Positions 44,630 through 58,100 of a DNA stretch of 64,000 nucleotides are shown piece after piece. How positions within the stretch are numbered: position 1 is the stretch's first letter; each line of letters begins with the position of its first letter. The stretch is from the NCBI GenBank assembly GCA_004764695.1, contig SMSO01000031.1, positions 1,464,436 through 1,528,435 on the forward strand, written 5' to 3'. The notes under the pieces are model-generated. The model saw only the letters and a list, made by a program, of their open reading frames with translations. It was not told where the DNA came from and did no database searches. The stretch comes from Schizochytrium sp. TIO01. Taxonomy: Eukaryota > Protista > Bigyra: Labyrinthulomycetes. The position numbers and the translations under genes are program-made.

Positions 44630-46105
44630 AATGTTTACAATGCAAATATATTCTAGATAGGGTCAAACCGCGTTTCTGCGCAACATGACCTTCCATTTCA
44701 ATTTATAACAAATTTTGGTACCATTAACATTGTTTATCTTTCCCAACTCTTGAATTCTTTGCGAGCTCATTTCATCGCTAATACCTTTATGATCTTGTTC
44801 TTGACTCCTGATGCTTGCTTGAATCTTGATGCTTGCCAGTTGGACTTGAGCAAGTGGGACCGCTTTAAAGATACGAATCTATACTCCTAGGCGCGATAAC
44901 CCTGGCGTATGAAAATAGCAACACGTGCAAGATCTAGCGACGTGCGAATACCCGTGCCAAGCAACTCAATAAGTCTATGCAAGTTTGTTCGAAGGTCGGG
45001 GTCTATTGAATATTCATTGGCGCTTCTCACTCGATATTGTGATGCATGAAGAGATGGTGAAGTAAGCTGCCTTTCGCAAGATTGCATACATAATCGAGCC
45101 GAGGGTCCCAAATGGCGGAGCAGAATACATGTAGCCTCTAGGGGAATAAAACCTGATTCTCACCATACAGACACTCCTGAAAGTGCAGCTCAGGAGATAG
45201 AAAACATAATATATCGATATCAATATATATATTCTCAGACTATAGCCTTTTTCCATCAATCTATACAAGTCATCATCAAGCGTAGATGTTCTCTAGATTT
45301 TGTCCATTGATATTTATTGAGGATATTGCATGGTACACACTGTTGCTAGGTAACTCTTCAGTACTAGTTACAATTGGGTACCAAGAGAGAAAGAGAAGGG
45401 GGTTAGTTTCTACAGTAAAGTATAAAAGCGCCTAGTAGTTCTTTTTCTAAGCTTTATGGAAACAAACAGAAACAAGCAGAAACAAGCAGGATCAACCTTC
45501 TCGCGAACCGCCTTCCCCTCTTGAGCATGGACCTATAACTTACCACGTGCTTCTATCTAACTATCTGAGCTTCTCACTTTGCTTTGCTCTTTCGCGCTCT
45601 TTCTGATGATGGTTATTATAGGTATTTTAAAGATATTTTATGGAAGGGTTTCATTTTCAACTATTAAGTGAAGCTCAGATCAAACAAGACGAAGCACAGG
45701 AGAACACCTCCCTTCCGAGGAAGTTCAACCCAGTGCAGTCTGAGAGAAGACCTCTCGACATTATCGCACTTCTAGTTCAGAGGAGATAGACGAAAAATTT
45801 GTACAGTGTTGTTCTGAGACAGCACCACTGACACAAAGTTTAATAGGCTCTCTCTTGCTGCACTGCAAACCAAGTATTCCAGTGGCATGTGAGAAGAGGA
45901 CAAGAGACCTCAGAGGAAACCTACTTTCGAAAACAAGAGGAGAGCGTGGCCTTCTAACTTTAAAATAAGGTCCCGCAATTGAAGAGCGATGATAAAAGCT
46001 CGAAATCGCGAGGAATTGGCATCAGCAAATCCGCAACTCTAAGCATCCAAAGCAACACCAAAAGCAACAGCAGCAGCAACTCAAGTAAACTAACTTTTAT
46101 CCAAA

Positions 46106-46468
46106 ATGGCTCAGGGTGATATCCAGAACAAGGCCCAGGAGGTCAAGAACGCCGCCAGCGAGAAGGCTACCGAGCTCGGCAACAAGGCCAGCGAGACCGC
46201 CGAGCAGGCCAAGCACGCAGCTCAGGAGAAGAAGGAGGAGGCATCCAATAAGATGCAGGAGATGTCCAACGACGCCAGCACCACCGGCGAGCAGAAGTCC
46301 AACGAGGCTGGCTCCGCTCTCGAGTCTGCCAAGAACACCGTGGCTGAGAACCTCGAGGCTGCCAAGAACACCGTGGCTGAGAACTTGGAGGCTGCCAAGA
46401 ACACCATTTCTGAGAAGGCCACCGAGGCCGCTAACTTCGTCAAGGAGAAGACCGGCATGGACCAGTAA
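46106..46468 (+). CDS. Group 3 LEA-like hydrophilin, copy 4 (120 aa, one extra 11-mer)
   Basis: Most diverged copy; in-frame 33-bp duplication (NLEAAKNTVAE). Confidence 0.88.
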   Translation: MAQGDIQNKAQEVKNAASEKATELGNKASETAEQAKHAAQEKKEEASNKMQEMSNDASTTGEQKSNEAGSALESAKNTVAENLEAAKNTVAENLEAAKNTISEKATEAANFVKEKTGMDQ

Positions 46469-47901
46469 AACGTTTACATTGCAAATATATTCTAGATAGG
46501 GTCAGACCGCGCTACTGCGCAACATGACCTCCCGTTTCAATTCATAATAATTTTTGGTATCATAAACATCATTCGTCTTTCCCAACTCTTGAGCTCTCTC
46601 CATCGCTTATACCTTTGTGATCTTGTTCTTAACTCCTGTTTCTTGCCAGTTTGACTTTGGGCAAGTGGATTCTTTTCAAAGATCTGTAGCTATGACCGCA
46701 GGCGCAATGACACTGTGCGTATGAAAGTCCAGTCGCTGCAGATACTAACCAATGCAAGATCTAGTGACGTACGATTACCCGTTCCAAGGAATTCAATAAT
46801 TATATATAAGTTTGTTCGAGAGACCAGGGTCGCCTTTATCGGTGCTCATCATTTAATATTGTGGTGCACGACCAAATACTGGAGTAAGCTATACTTTTCA
46901 AGATTGCAAACATAGTCCAGCTGTGGGTCCCCAAAAGGCAAAGCAAAATAAATGTAGCCTGGGAATAAAAGCTAATTTACACCGCAAAGAGACTCCTAGG
47001 AGGGCATACTGAGGATTCGGAACAAGACAAAAATTTAATACTAACAGATATATTCTCAGTTTGTAGCGTGAATTCATCAATCTAGATAAGCTATGGTCAA
47101 GCACAGATGTTTTACGGGTTTTGTGCAAATATTAGACATGGCATAGTACACACCGTTCGTAGGTAACTTTTGAATATTGGTTACAATTATGGCCCAAAAG
47201 AGAGAGAGTTCAGTTTCTTCTATCTGAGTAGAGTCCTAGTGAACTTGATTTTCTATGCTTTCCAGAAACAAAAGGAATCAAGCCCATAACGAACCGCGCT
47301 GCCATTTTAAACCTTGAGCATGCACCTATAACTTACCAGGCACCTCTAACTAGCTATCTGAGCTTCTTACTGTCTCTTTCTCTCTTTTTTTAAAATGATG
47401 AGTGTTATTATTACTACATTCCATAGAAAGCTTCCAATTTTAATGATCAAGCGAAGCTCAGGGGAGACGAAGCGCAGGAGAACACCTCCTTTCCAAGGAA
47501 GTTCTACCCAGTGCCGTCTGAGAGGAGACGTCCGGACGTTCTGCGCTTCCCGCTCAGATCATCGATGATAAACAATCACATTGTCAACTCAGTGTTGTTC
47601 TGAGGCAGCACCATTGACACAAAATTCAACAAGTTTTACTCTTGCTCTACTAACTAAGGCGTTCCATAGTGGCATGTGAGGAGAGAATAAGAGACCTCAG
47701 AGGAAACCTACTTTCGAAAATAAGAGGAGAAGGTCCCACTGCGGGGCCTTATGACTCAGAAGTGAGGCGAAGCAATTGAAGAGATATGAGAAAAGCTCGA
47801 AATCGCGAGGAATTGGCATCAGCAAATCCGCAACTCAAGCATCCAAAGCAACTACAAAAGCAACTACAAAAGCAACTCAAGTAAACTAACTTTTATCCAA
47901 A

Positions 47902-48231
47902 ATGGCTCAGGGTGATATCCAGAACAAGGCCCAGGAGGTCAAGAACGCCGCCAGCGAGAAGGCCACCGAGCTCGGCAACAAGGCCAGCGAGACCGCCGAG
48001 CAGGCCAAGCACACCGCTCAGGAGAAGAAGGAGCAGGCATCCAACAAGATGCAGGAGATGTCCAACGACGCCAGCACCACCGGCCAGCAGAAGTCCAACG
48101 AGGCTGGCTCTACCCTCGAGTCTGCCAAGAACACCGTGGCTGAGAACTTCGAGGCTGCCAAGAACACCGTCTCCGAGAAGGCCACCGAGGCCGCTAACTT
48201 CGTCAAGGAGAAGACCGGTATGGACCAGTAA
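47902..48231 (+). CDS. Group 3 LEA-like hydrophilin, copy 5 (109 aa)
   Basis: Near-identical paralog. Confidence 0.88.
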   Translation: MAQGDIQNKAQEVKNAASEKATELGNKASETAEQAKHTAQEKKEQASNKMQEMSNDASTTGQQKSNEAGSTLESAKNTVAENFEAAKNTVSEKATEAANFVKEKTGMDQ

Positions 48232-49685
48232 AATGTTTACAATGCAAATATAATCTAGCTAGGGTCAAGTCAAACCGCGTTTCTGCGCAACATGACTTTC
48301 CATTTCAATTTATAACAAATTTTGGTAACATTAACATTGTTTATCTTTCCCAACTCTTAAACCTTTTCGTGCTCTTTCCATCGCTTGCACCTTTACGATT
48401 TCGTTCTTGGCTCATCATCCTTGCCAGTTTAACTTTAAGAAAGTGGATCCTCTTCGAAGATATATACCTATGCTCTCAGGCGCAACAACACTGTGCGTAT
48501 GAAAGTCTGCAGATAGCAACGAGTGCAAGGTCCAGCGACGTACGATTACCCGTTCCAAGCAACTCAATAATTATATGCAAGTTCTCGCGAAAGCCCAAGG
48601 TCCATTGAGTACTCATCGGCGCTTCTCACTCGATATTGTGGTGCATGAAGAGATAGTAAAGTAAACTATTCTTTCCAAGATTGCAAACATAGTCCAGCTG
48701 TGGGTCTCAAAAAGGCAAAGCAAAATAAACGTAGCCTGGGAATAAAAGCTGATTTACACCGCAAAGAGACTCCTAGGAGGGCATACTGAGGATTCGGAAC
48801 AAGACAACAATTTAATACTAACAGATATATTCTCAGTTTGTAGCGTGAATTCATCAATCTAGATAAGCTATGGTCAAGCACAGATGTTTTACGGGTTTTG
48901 TGCAAAACTTAGACATGGCATAGTACACACCGTTCGTAGGTAACTTTTGAATATTGGTTACAATTATGGCCCAAAAGAGAGGGCGTTCAGTCTCGATCGT
49001 AAGAAAGTACAAAACGCCTAGTGAACTTGATTTTCTATGCTTTCCAGAAACAAAAGGAATCAAGCTCATGGCGAACCGCGTTGCCACTTTTAACCTTGAG
49101 CATTCACCTATAACTTACCAGACACCTATATCTAGCTATCTGAGCTTCTTACTCTGCTTTTCTCTCTCTTTTTTGATGATGATGATGAGTGTTATTATTA
49201 CTACATTCCATAGAAAGCTTCCATTTTTCAAGCGAAGCTCAGGGGAGACGAAGCGCAGGAGAACACTTCACTTCCGGGAAAGTTCAACCCAGTGCAGTCT
49301 GAGAGTAGACCTCTCGGCGTTCGCGCACCTCCACTTCAGAGGAGCTAAATGGAAAACCCGTCCAATATTAACTCAGTGTTGTTCTGAGGCAGCACCATTG
49401 ACACAAAATTCAACAAGTTTTACTCTTGCTCTACTAACTAAGGCGTTCCATAGTGGCATGTGAGAGAGAATAAGAGACCTCAGAGGAAACCTACTTTCGA
49501 AAATAAGAGGAGAAGGTCCCACTGCGGGGCCTTATGACTCAGAAGTGAGGCGAAGCAATTGAAGAGATATGAGAAAAGCTCGAAATTGCGAGGAATTGGC
49601 ATCAGCAAATCCGCAACTCAAAGCATCCAAAGCAACAACAAAAGCAACAGCAGCAGCAACTCAAGCAAACTTACTTTTATCCAAA

Positions 49686-50015
49686 ATGGCTCAGGGTGAT
49701 ATCCAGAACAAGGCCCAGGAGGTCAAGAACGCCGCCAGCGAGAAGGCTACCGAGCTCGGCAACAAGGCCAGCGAGACCGCCGAGCAGGCCAAGCACACCG
49801 CTCAGGAGAAGAAGGAGCAGGCATCCAACAAGATGCAGGAGGCATCCAACGACGCCAGCACCACCGGCCAGCAGAAGTCCAACGAGGCTGGCTCCACTCT
49901 CGAGTCTGCCAAGAACACCGTGGCTGAGAACTTCGAGGCTGCCAAGAACACCGTCTCCGAGAAGGCCACCGAGGCCGCTAACTTCGTCAAGGAGAAGACT
50001 GGCATGGACCAGTAA
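49686..50015 (+). CDS. Group 3 LEA-like hydrophilin, copy 6 (109 aa)
   Basis: Near-identical paralog; start assigned by homology to the other copies. Confidence 0.88.
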   Translation: MAQGDIQNKAQEVKNAASEKATELGNKASETAEQAKHTAQEKKEQASNKMQEASNDASTTGQQKSNEAGSTLESAKNTVAENFEAAKNTVSEKATEAANFVKEKTGMDQ

Positions 50016-51439
50016 AATGTTTACAATGCAAATATATTCTAGCTAGGGTCAAGTCAAACCGCGTTTCTGCGCAACATGACTTTCCATTTCAATTTATAAC
50101 AAATTTTGGTACCATTAACATTGTTTATCTTTCCCAACTCTTAAACCTTTTCGTGCTCTTTCCATCGCTTGCACCTTTACGATTTCGTTCTTGGCTCATC
50201 ATACTTGCCAGTTTAACTTTAAGAAAGTGGATCCTCTTCAAAGATGCGTGCTCCCAGGCACAATGACGCTGTCGCTGCAGATAGCAACATGTGCAAGATC
50301 TATCGATGTACGATTACCCGTGCCAAGCAACTCAATAACTCTATGCAAGTTTGTTCGAAGGTCGGGGTCTATTGAATATTCATTAGCGCTTCTCATTCGA
50401 TATTGTGATGCATGTGGAGATAGTGAAGTAAGATATCTTTTGCAAAATTGCAAACCTAATCGAGCCGAGGGTTCCAAAATGGCGACGCAAAATAAACGTA
50501 GCCTAGGAATAAAAGCTGATTTACACCGCAAAGAAACTCAAACGCAGGGCATGCTTAGAGGCTGGAACAAGACAACACATCGATATTATTAGATATATTC
50601 ACAGTCTATAGCGTGTTTTCATCATCGTACATAAGCCATTACCAAACGTAGATGTTCTGCGGGTTTTGTGCAAAACTCAATAAATGAAGACATTGTATGG
50701 TACACACTGTCGCTAGTAACTCTCGAGTACCAGTCAGAATTATGTACCTAAAGAGAAAGAAAATGAGGGCGGTTAGTCTCTATAGTAAAATAAAGAAACG
50801 CCTAGTAGTTCCTTTTCTAAGCTTTATGGAAACAGACGAAATCAAGCTCATCGTGGACCGCCTTCTTCTCTTCACTTGAGCTGGACCGATGACTCAGGTA
50901 ACTCTATCTAACTATCTGAGCTTCTTACTTTGCTCTTTCTCTCTCTTTATTATAGATATATTGTATGGAAAGCTCTGATTTATAATTACCAAGCGAAGCT
51001 CAGATCAGGCGAGACGAAGCGCAGGAGAACGCTTCCCTTTCGGGAAAGTTCAACCCAGTGCAGTCTGAGAGACGACCCCCGGACGTTCTGGTGCTTTAAT
51101 CTTAGTGCAGTAGTGTTGAGCCTTAAATTGTCAAATTAGTGTTGTAAGGGGGGAGCACCACTGACACAAAGTTCAAGAAGCTTCCCTCTTGCTCCACTGC
51201 GTGCCGATCGTCGAAGTGGTATGTGAGGAGAGGGAAAGAGACGTCTACTTTCGGAAACAAAAGGAAAGGGTCCCACTGCGGGGCCTTACGACTTAGAAGT
51301 GAGGCGAAGCAATTGAAGAACGATGATAAAAGGTCGAAATCGCGAGAACTTGGCATCAGCAAATCCGCAACTCAAAGCATCCAAAGCAACTACAAAAGCA
51401 ACAGCAGCAGCAACTCAAGCAAACTAACTTTTATCCAAA

Positions 51440-51769
51440 ATGGCTCAGGGTGATATCCAGAACAAGGCCCAGGAGGTCAAGAACGTCGCCAGCGAGAAGG
51501 CTACCGAGCTCGGCAACAAGGCCAGCGAGACCGCCGAGCAGGCCAAGCACACCGCTCAGGAGAAGAAGGAGCAGGCATCCAACAAGATGCAGGAGATGTC
51601 CAACGACGCCAGCACCACCGGCCAGCAGAAGTCCAATGAGGCTGGCTCCACCCTCGAGTCTGCCAAGAACACCGTGGCTGAGAACTTCGAGGCTGCCAAG
51701 AACACCGTCTCTGAGAAGGCCACCGAGGCCGCTGACTTCGTCAAGGAGAAGACTGGCATGGACCAGTAA
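51440..51769 (+). CDS. Group 3 LEA-like hydrophilin, copy 7 (109 aa)
   Basis: Near-identical paralog (KNVASE variant). Confidence 0.88.
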   Translation: MAQGDIQNKAQEVKNVASEKATELGNKASETAEQAKHTAQEKKEQASNKMQEMSNDASTTGQQKSNEAGSTLESAKNTVAENFEAAKNTVSEKATEAADFVKEKTGMDQ

Positions 51770-53145
51770 AATGTTTACAATACAAATATATTCTAGCTAG
51801 GGTCAAACCCGCGTTTCTGCGCAACATGACTTTCCATTTCAATTTATTACAAATTTTGGTACCATTAACATTGTTTATCTTTCCCAACTCTTAAACCTCT
51901 CCATGATCTCTTCATCGCTTATACCTTTGTGATCTTATTTTTTATTTTCATTTCTTGCCAGATTGACCTTGGACCAGTGCATCCCCTTCAAAGATACGTC
52001 TATTTGCCTCCAGGCACAATGACGACGTCGCTGCAGATAACAACATGTGCAAGATCTAGCGACGTACGATGAATCGTGCCAAATAACTCAATAAGTTTAT
52101 GCAACTTTGTTCGAAAGCTCGGGGTCTATTGGGTATTCATCGGCGCTCCTCACTCGCGATTGTGATGCATGAAGAGATAGTGCTGTCTTTTGCAAGATTG
52201 CATACATAATCGAGCTGAGGGTTCCAACATGGCGGAGCAGAATGAGGGGGAATAAAAGCTGTTCTGCACCACAAAGACACTTCTGGCAGGGCATACTAAG
52301 AGGTTGGAGCAAGACAATACATCAGAAATATTCTCAGTCTATAGCTTGCTTCTACTATTGTACATAAGCCATCATCAAGCGTAGATGTTCTGCAAACCTA
52401 AAATGAGAATTGTATGGTACACACCGTTTGAAGGTACCAGTCACAATTATGGACCAAAAGAGAAAGAGAATAAGGGCAGTTAGTCTCTATAGTAAGAATT
52501 ACAGGAACGCCTAGTAGTTCTTTTTCTATGCTTTTTACTCAACCTCATCGCGAACTGCTTTGTCCTCTATACTTGAGCATGGCCCTATGACCTACCAGGC
52601 TCCTCTATCTAAACATCTGAGCTTCTTACTTTGCTCTTTCACTCTCTTCTTTGATGATCATGATTGTTATTATTACTTTATTTTATGGAAATCATCACGC
52701 GAAGCTCAGATCAGGCGAGACGAAGCGCAGGAGAACGCCCCCTTCCGGGAAAGTTCAACCCAGTGTGGGCAAAGAGGAGAACTGCTTGGCCCCACCTCAG
52801 ATCACGTAAGTGACAAACAGTCACATTGTCTGCTCAGTGTGGTTGGGAGGTACCACCACTGACACAAAGTGCCACCAGATTTCCCCTTGCGTCACTGACA
52901 AAATTGTGTGGTAGTGGCATGTGAAGAGAGGACGAGAGAATTCAAAGGAAGGATTTTTTGTTAGTAAGGGAAGAGGGTTCCACTACGGGGCCTTATGACT
53001 TAGAAGTGAGGCGCAGCAATTGAAGAGATATGAGAAAAGCTCGAAATCGCGAGAACTTGGCATCAGCAAATCCGCAACTCAAGCATCCAAAGCAACTACA
53101 AAAGCAAAAGCAGCAGCAACTCAAGTAAACTAACTTTTATCCAAA

Positions 53146-53475
53146 ATGGCTCAGGGCGATATCCAGAACAAGGCCCAGGAGGTCAAGAACGCCGCCAGCG
53201 AGAAGGCCACCGAGCTCGGCAACAAGGCCAGCGAGACCGCCGAGCAGGCCAAGCACACCGCTCAGGAGAAGAAGGAGCAGGCATCCAACAAGATGCAGGA
53301 GGCGTCCAACGACGCCAGCACCACCGGCCAGCAGAAGTCCAACGAGGCTGGCTCCACTCTCGAGTCTGCCAAGAACACCGTGGCTGAGAACTTCGAGGCT
53401 GCCAAGAACACCGTCTCTGAGAAGGCCACCGAGGCCGCTAACTTCGTCAAGGAGAAGACCGGCATGGACCAGTAA
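53146..53475 (+). CDS. Group 3 LEA-like hydrophilin, copy 8 (109 aa)
   Basis: Near-identical paralog. Confidence 0.88.
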   Translation: MAQGDIQNKAQEVKNAASEKATELGNKASETAEQAKHTAQEKKEQASNKMQEASNDASTTGQQKSNEAGSTLESAKNTVAENFEAAKNTVSEKATEAANFVKEKTGMDQ

Positions 53476-55120
53476 GATGTTTACATTGCAAATATATTCT
53501 AGATAGGGTCAAACCGCGTTTCTGTGCAACATGACTTTCCATTTCAATTCATAATAATTTTTGGTAATATTAACATTGTTTATCTTTCCCAACTCTTGAA
53601 ACGTTTGCGTGCTCGTTTCGTCGCTTATACATTAGTGATCTTAAGTCTTGATTGTTGTTTCTTGATTGTTTCTCTTTGGGGCGGAGATTGGCGAGTGAAC
53701 CCTCTTTTAAGGTATTTACCTATGCTCGCAGGCGCAATTGCGCTGAAGCCAGTGGCTGCAGATAGCAACGTGTGCAAGATCTAGCAACGAACAATTACCC
53801 ATGCCAAGCAACTCAATAATTATGTGCAATTTTACTTGAAAGCTTGAGATCAATTGGATATTCATCGGCACTTCTCACCCGATCTTGTGGTGCAAGAAGA
53901 GGTAGTGAACCAAGCTGTCCTTTGTAAGATTGCAAACATAATCCAGCTGCGGGTCCCGAGATGGCGAAGCAGAATGGACGTCGCCTAGGAATAAAAGCTG
54001 ATTTGCACCGCAAACAAAGCCCCTATCAGGGCATGCTAAGAGGTAAAAACAAGACAACACATTGATATATATACCAGTCCATAGTTGGCTTCATCAATGA
54101 ACATATGCTATCCTCAAGCGAAGATGTTCTGCGGGTTTTACTCAATGGGGACTTTGTATGGTACACACCGTTTGTAGGTCACTCTTGAGTCCCAGTCAGA
54201 ACTATTTGCCAAAGAGAAAGAGGGGGGCTAGTTTCTATAGTAAAGTATAGAAATGCCTAGCGATTTAGTTTTTCTATACATTCTACTAAAACCAGACAGA
54301 TAGAATCGAAATTGACTATGGACCAGCCCTCTCATCCATGCTACCTCTCAACCATTACATCACTGCAGCGTTTATAAATATAATCGGAACGATCCCTTGA
54401 GTGAAGTTTTTCAGGTCAGAGAGTTCTCTTGATAGGCCGTACGTGGCAGCTTGATGAGGTTGTAAAAGCATGCTTGATAACGTTGAATAGGCCCCACTGG
54501 AATTCAAAATCCCATTTTGGGTTGTTCTCGTTCGTTTTTTCTCTTTAACCAGACAACTACCATAGTTTTTACTATGCATCCCTACTGCGGTGAGTTTAAT
54601 AAAATATTGATATTATATAAAGTAAAACCATAACTTTAAAATCAGCACCCTTTCATCATCCAGCGATCGATAGTATTCATTCCAATGCAGTGACATATTT
54701 CTATGCAAGAACCTGCTGACACGAAAGATATGCATCCACGATCGCTCACAATTCAGTCACACTTCAGAAGGCCTGAGACCCCTGAGTTTCCCCCAAGAAT
54801 CCCAGATTTAGCCTCGAAGTAGAAATTTCTCGCAAAAGGAGAGAGCATCTCTTTGTCTGATAAGAGGAACAATAGAAACAAGTAGAAACAGTATCTACCA
54901 AACTCTAGAGAACAATAAGAAAGAAAGGAAGAGTTCCTCGGTAGGGCCTATTAATGCACTCTTAGTGTTTATAACAGGAACAAAGGCCATAAACAAAAGG
55001 TTTCAAATTTGAAAAACCAAGTTTTGAACAATTTGAACCAAACAAAAAAGGGTATTGCCAACTCCGTCGTGGCGCAAACCTCGATCAACGTCGCGGAGGC
55101 GCGGCGCTGACCGGAACGCA

Positions 55121-58100
55121 ATGCGGTCGGAGTGGGGCTCTCGAGGCGAGCGAAGCGACGCTTCGCGCTTCGGAACCACGGCGGTTGCGCCGTCCTCCAA
55201 AGCAAGGTCACCGAGCCCAGCCAGACGCGTTCGGCCCCTAAAGCAACTTGCACTGCGAAAAAGGGGCCAAAGAAGACCCGAAGGAGACGATGACTTCAGA
55301 TCTGCACTTTGCAATAGGCTGTCGTCGGCTTCCTCCTCCTCTAGTTCTCTCACATCCCTGCACATGCACTCCTCCATGACGAGTTCTTTGAGTTCTTCAT
55401 CGTTTTCTACGTCGGCCTCAGTATCGTCATCATCAAGACCTGTTTCTGCATTCTCCTCATTGTCCACATTAACATCATCGTCCTCATCTCCAGAACTGGC
55501 GGTACATCTTCCGTCACAATCCCTATTAAGCTCTGCATTCACTTCATTATCCTCATCTTCTGCTACTTCCTCCTCTTCTCCGTATTTGTCGGCTCCAATG
55601 CCCTCCAATTCACTTCTGGCGGATGACCTCCATAGCGAACCATACCAAGCACGAAACTTTGCCCATGATGGAGATAAGGGACGCCAAGTCAGATATGAGC
55701 ATTTGCATGGGCACTATAACATCCATAGTCACCACCGGGAATTATACCCCGAGTTAGCGCGCTGTATGCTTAAGATTGACCTCAAGCTTAAAAATAGTGT
55801 TTCTGCTCAGATTAAAAAGCCTCCTCAATTCCGCAACGAAAAGTTAAACTCTTTGGATGTACATTTAGACTTCGCGGCGAGTGTCCTGGCTCCCAAGTCA
55901 AGTGCGAAAGTCACAATCGTTAGACTTGAGGACCAAACCAAAGAAGACACATATATCGACCTTTGTGAGGAAGAGAGTCCAGTAAGGAATACTGAAGATC
56001 AGGACATGAGCGCTACCATGACCAAAAAGTCGGAGTACCAAGCACTGAGGAAACTTCACCAAGAGCTTGGTGATGACCCCATGGACGTGGACGAGGATGA
56101 AAATCCGCATACAAATGACGACCTTGCGAAAGCTGATTTGCCAAGTGGCGCAGATGATTCAGTGTTTCTAGATGCCTCTGCGCCACCGCTCGAATCTTCT
56201 GCCCAGAGTGAACAAGACGATATGGGCACTGTAGTCACTCCAAATGAATTGGAGGTGGCAGGTGATGATCGCACATGTAATGATGAAAGGAAGAATCAGC
56301 GCGATAACGTCGCAAGCAACGACACTTCAGCAGCAGCAATGCTCGAGGTTAGTGGTGAAGGGCATAGAAGACCCCCGTCAGATGCTCATCAGAACACGGA
56401 AGGTAGTGATGATTGTATATTGAAAAGTAAAAGTGAGGAAGAGGAAACCGAAGAAGAAATTGGTAGCAAAGACACAATGAAGGAAGCAATCCAGATGCAT
56501 GCTGTTGAGTCCATCGCAGAGGACGAGAAGTCTACAAGGGAAGAAGCTTCTAATATTATTGTTATTGATGACAGTGATATCGAGACTGACGAACAAAAGG
56601 AGAAGAGATCCCAAAAACAACACTCACAGCAAATTCTGAATACTGTAGTGACCGAAACAGAAACGACAGGCCTCAACATCAGTTCTGAAGCTGTGTGTGG
56701 TAAAGGTGGAGAGGGCAGCATCAAGGCTGTGCAGTCCAACAATGCGGATCCTGAACATCCAGAAAAGAGCATGCAGTCTTCGCAAGCCCAAAATCTAACA
56801 GCATCCTCTTCCTCCTCTTTGCTCTTTCCTGATCTCAAAACAAAATCTGCTCTCACACCAGTTAAATACAAAAAGAAAAATCGGCCATCCTCTTCTGGAA
56901 TATCAACTCCCATTTCAACAAATCAGAAAGATAAAGGCAGTCACCGTGCACCCCTTTCTTCGAACAAACGCAAATCTCGGCTACGAGACCACGACGATAG
57001 ATCAAGCACAGATGAGAACCACGAAAGAAACAATAGTAACCAAGAAAGCGTCTCAGTTGATGACCACTTGCATCAACATAAACGAAGAACGCCAGCAAAG
57101 GTGGACAAGACCTTGTCTGCCAAGCAACGCAGAAAAGTCTCCTCTTCATCATCGTCCTCTACCTTGCCGTTCGCACCGTCTACACCAGATCGCTTAGCCG
57201 CTGCAAAGTCTTCATTAACGTCATTGCATTCGCTTTCATCATCGATTAGTGGTCAGACTGATCCTCCTAAGTCAATGCCAACTTCTGTACCATTTACTCT
57301 TGATGTCCTCAACGAACGTTCAGACTCAACAAAAGTAACTCATGCCGAAAGCCCTCCCTTGTCCACGAAGGTGAATGTTGTTTTGACCAAGCTCAAATCA
57401 ATAACTAGTGGCGAACATGAGTCCAAAAACCATGATTCTATCGATGAGGGAGCCCTCGAAAACCATATGAAACGACCTGCAAATGGTCAATATTCACACA
57501 AAAGTGAGGACTCAACGAATGAGGAACGGGATTCTAGCACCTCAAACATTGAAAATAAAGCAGGTGCACGCATTAGCAACTCCTCCAATACCAAAGCCTT
57601 GGAGCGTAATAGCGAGCTTTGCATGGAATCTGAAAGTCGGGAACGAGTTGGCGTCAATCAGGTTCTCCCCCAAGAAAATGTTACCGACAGGAAAGAAAGC
57701 AATCATTCGCAAAACCCTCTTGACAAGGAGCTGAACGTAGGCGATTCGAAGGGAGGTCGTGTGTCGGGGAACTCCTCTGTAGCCTCGACATCACCAACGC
57801 ATACTAGGGATAGCCCTCAAGACGTTCGCGATGACGCAACCGACGCCGCCCCTTTCAGCACTCCAATTGCAAGAGGAGATTGTGATATAGAAAATGATGG
57901 CGTGAAACAAGAAAACCCTTCAGAAACAAGAGAACTGCCTGCAGCCAACGAAGGAGTTACCAAAAATGCAGAATCTTCATGCCACCAGAACTCGCAGCAC
58001 TGTGAAAGATCCTCGGTGGCTGACTCGTGTCTGCGTAGCACTGAAGAAACAGAAATATCGCTTAATGAAGATGAAGTGGAAAAAGAGGAAGGCAATGAAT

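Larger units (their letters stand above)
40100..54330 (+). repeat. Tandem gene array: eight ~1.78-kb units each carrying a LEA-like gene
   Basis: ATG-to-ATG spacings 1778, 1788, 1806, 1796, 1784, 1754 and 1706 bp; spacers alignable throughout. Confidence 0.95.

Noticed and set aside
40608-53465. N-terminal extensions and +1/antisense ORFs of the LEA-like copies, and spacer ORFs
   Set aside because: Frames not preserved among copies, or simple shadows of the biased CDS.
40100-54330. CRISPR-like or transposon interpretation of the repeat/spacer array
   Set aside because: Repeats are 330-bp genes and spacers are homologous to each other; no cas, transposase, LTR or TIR.
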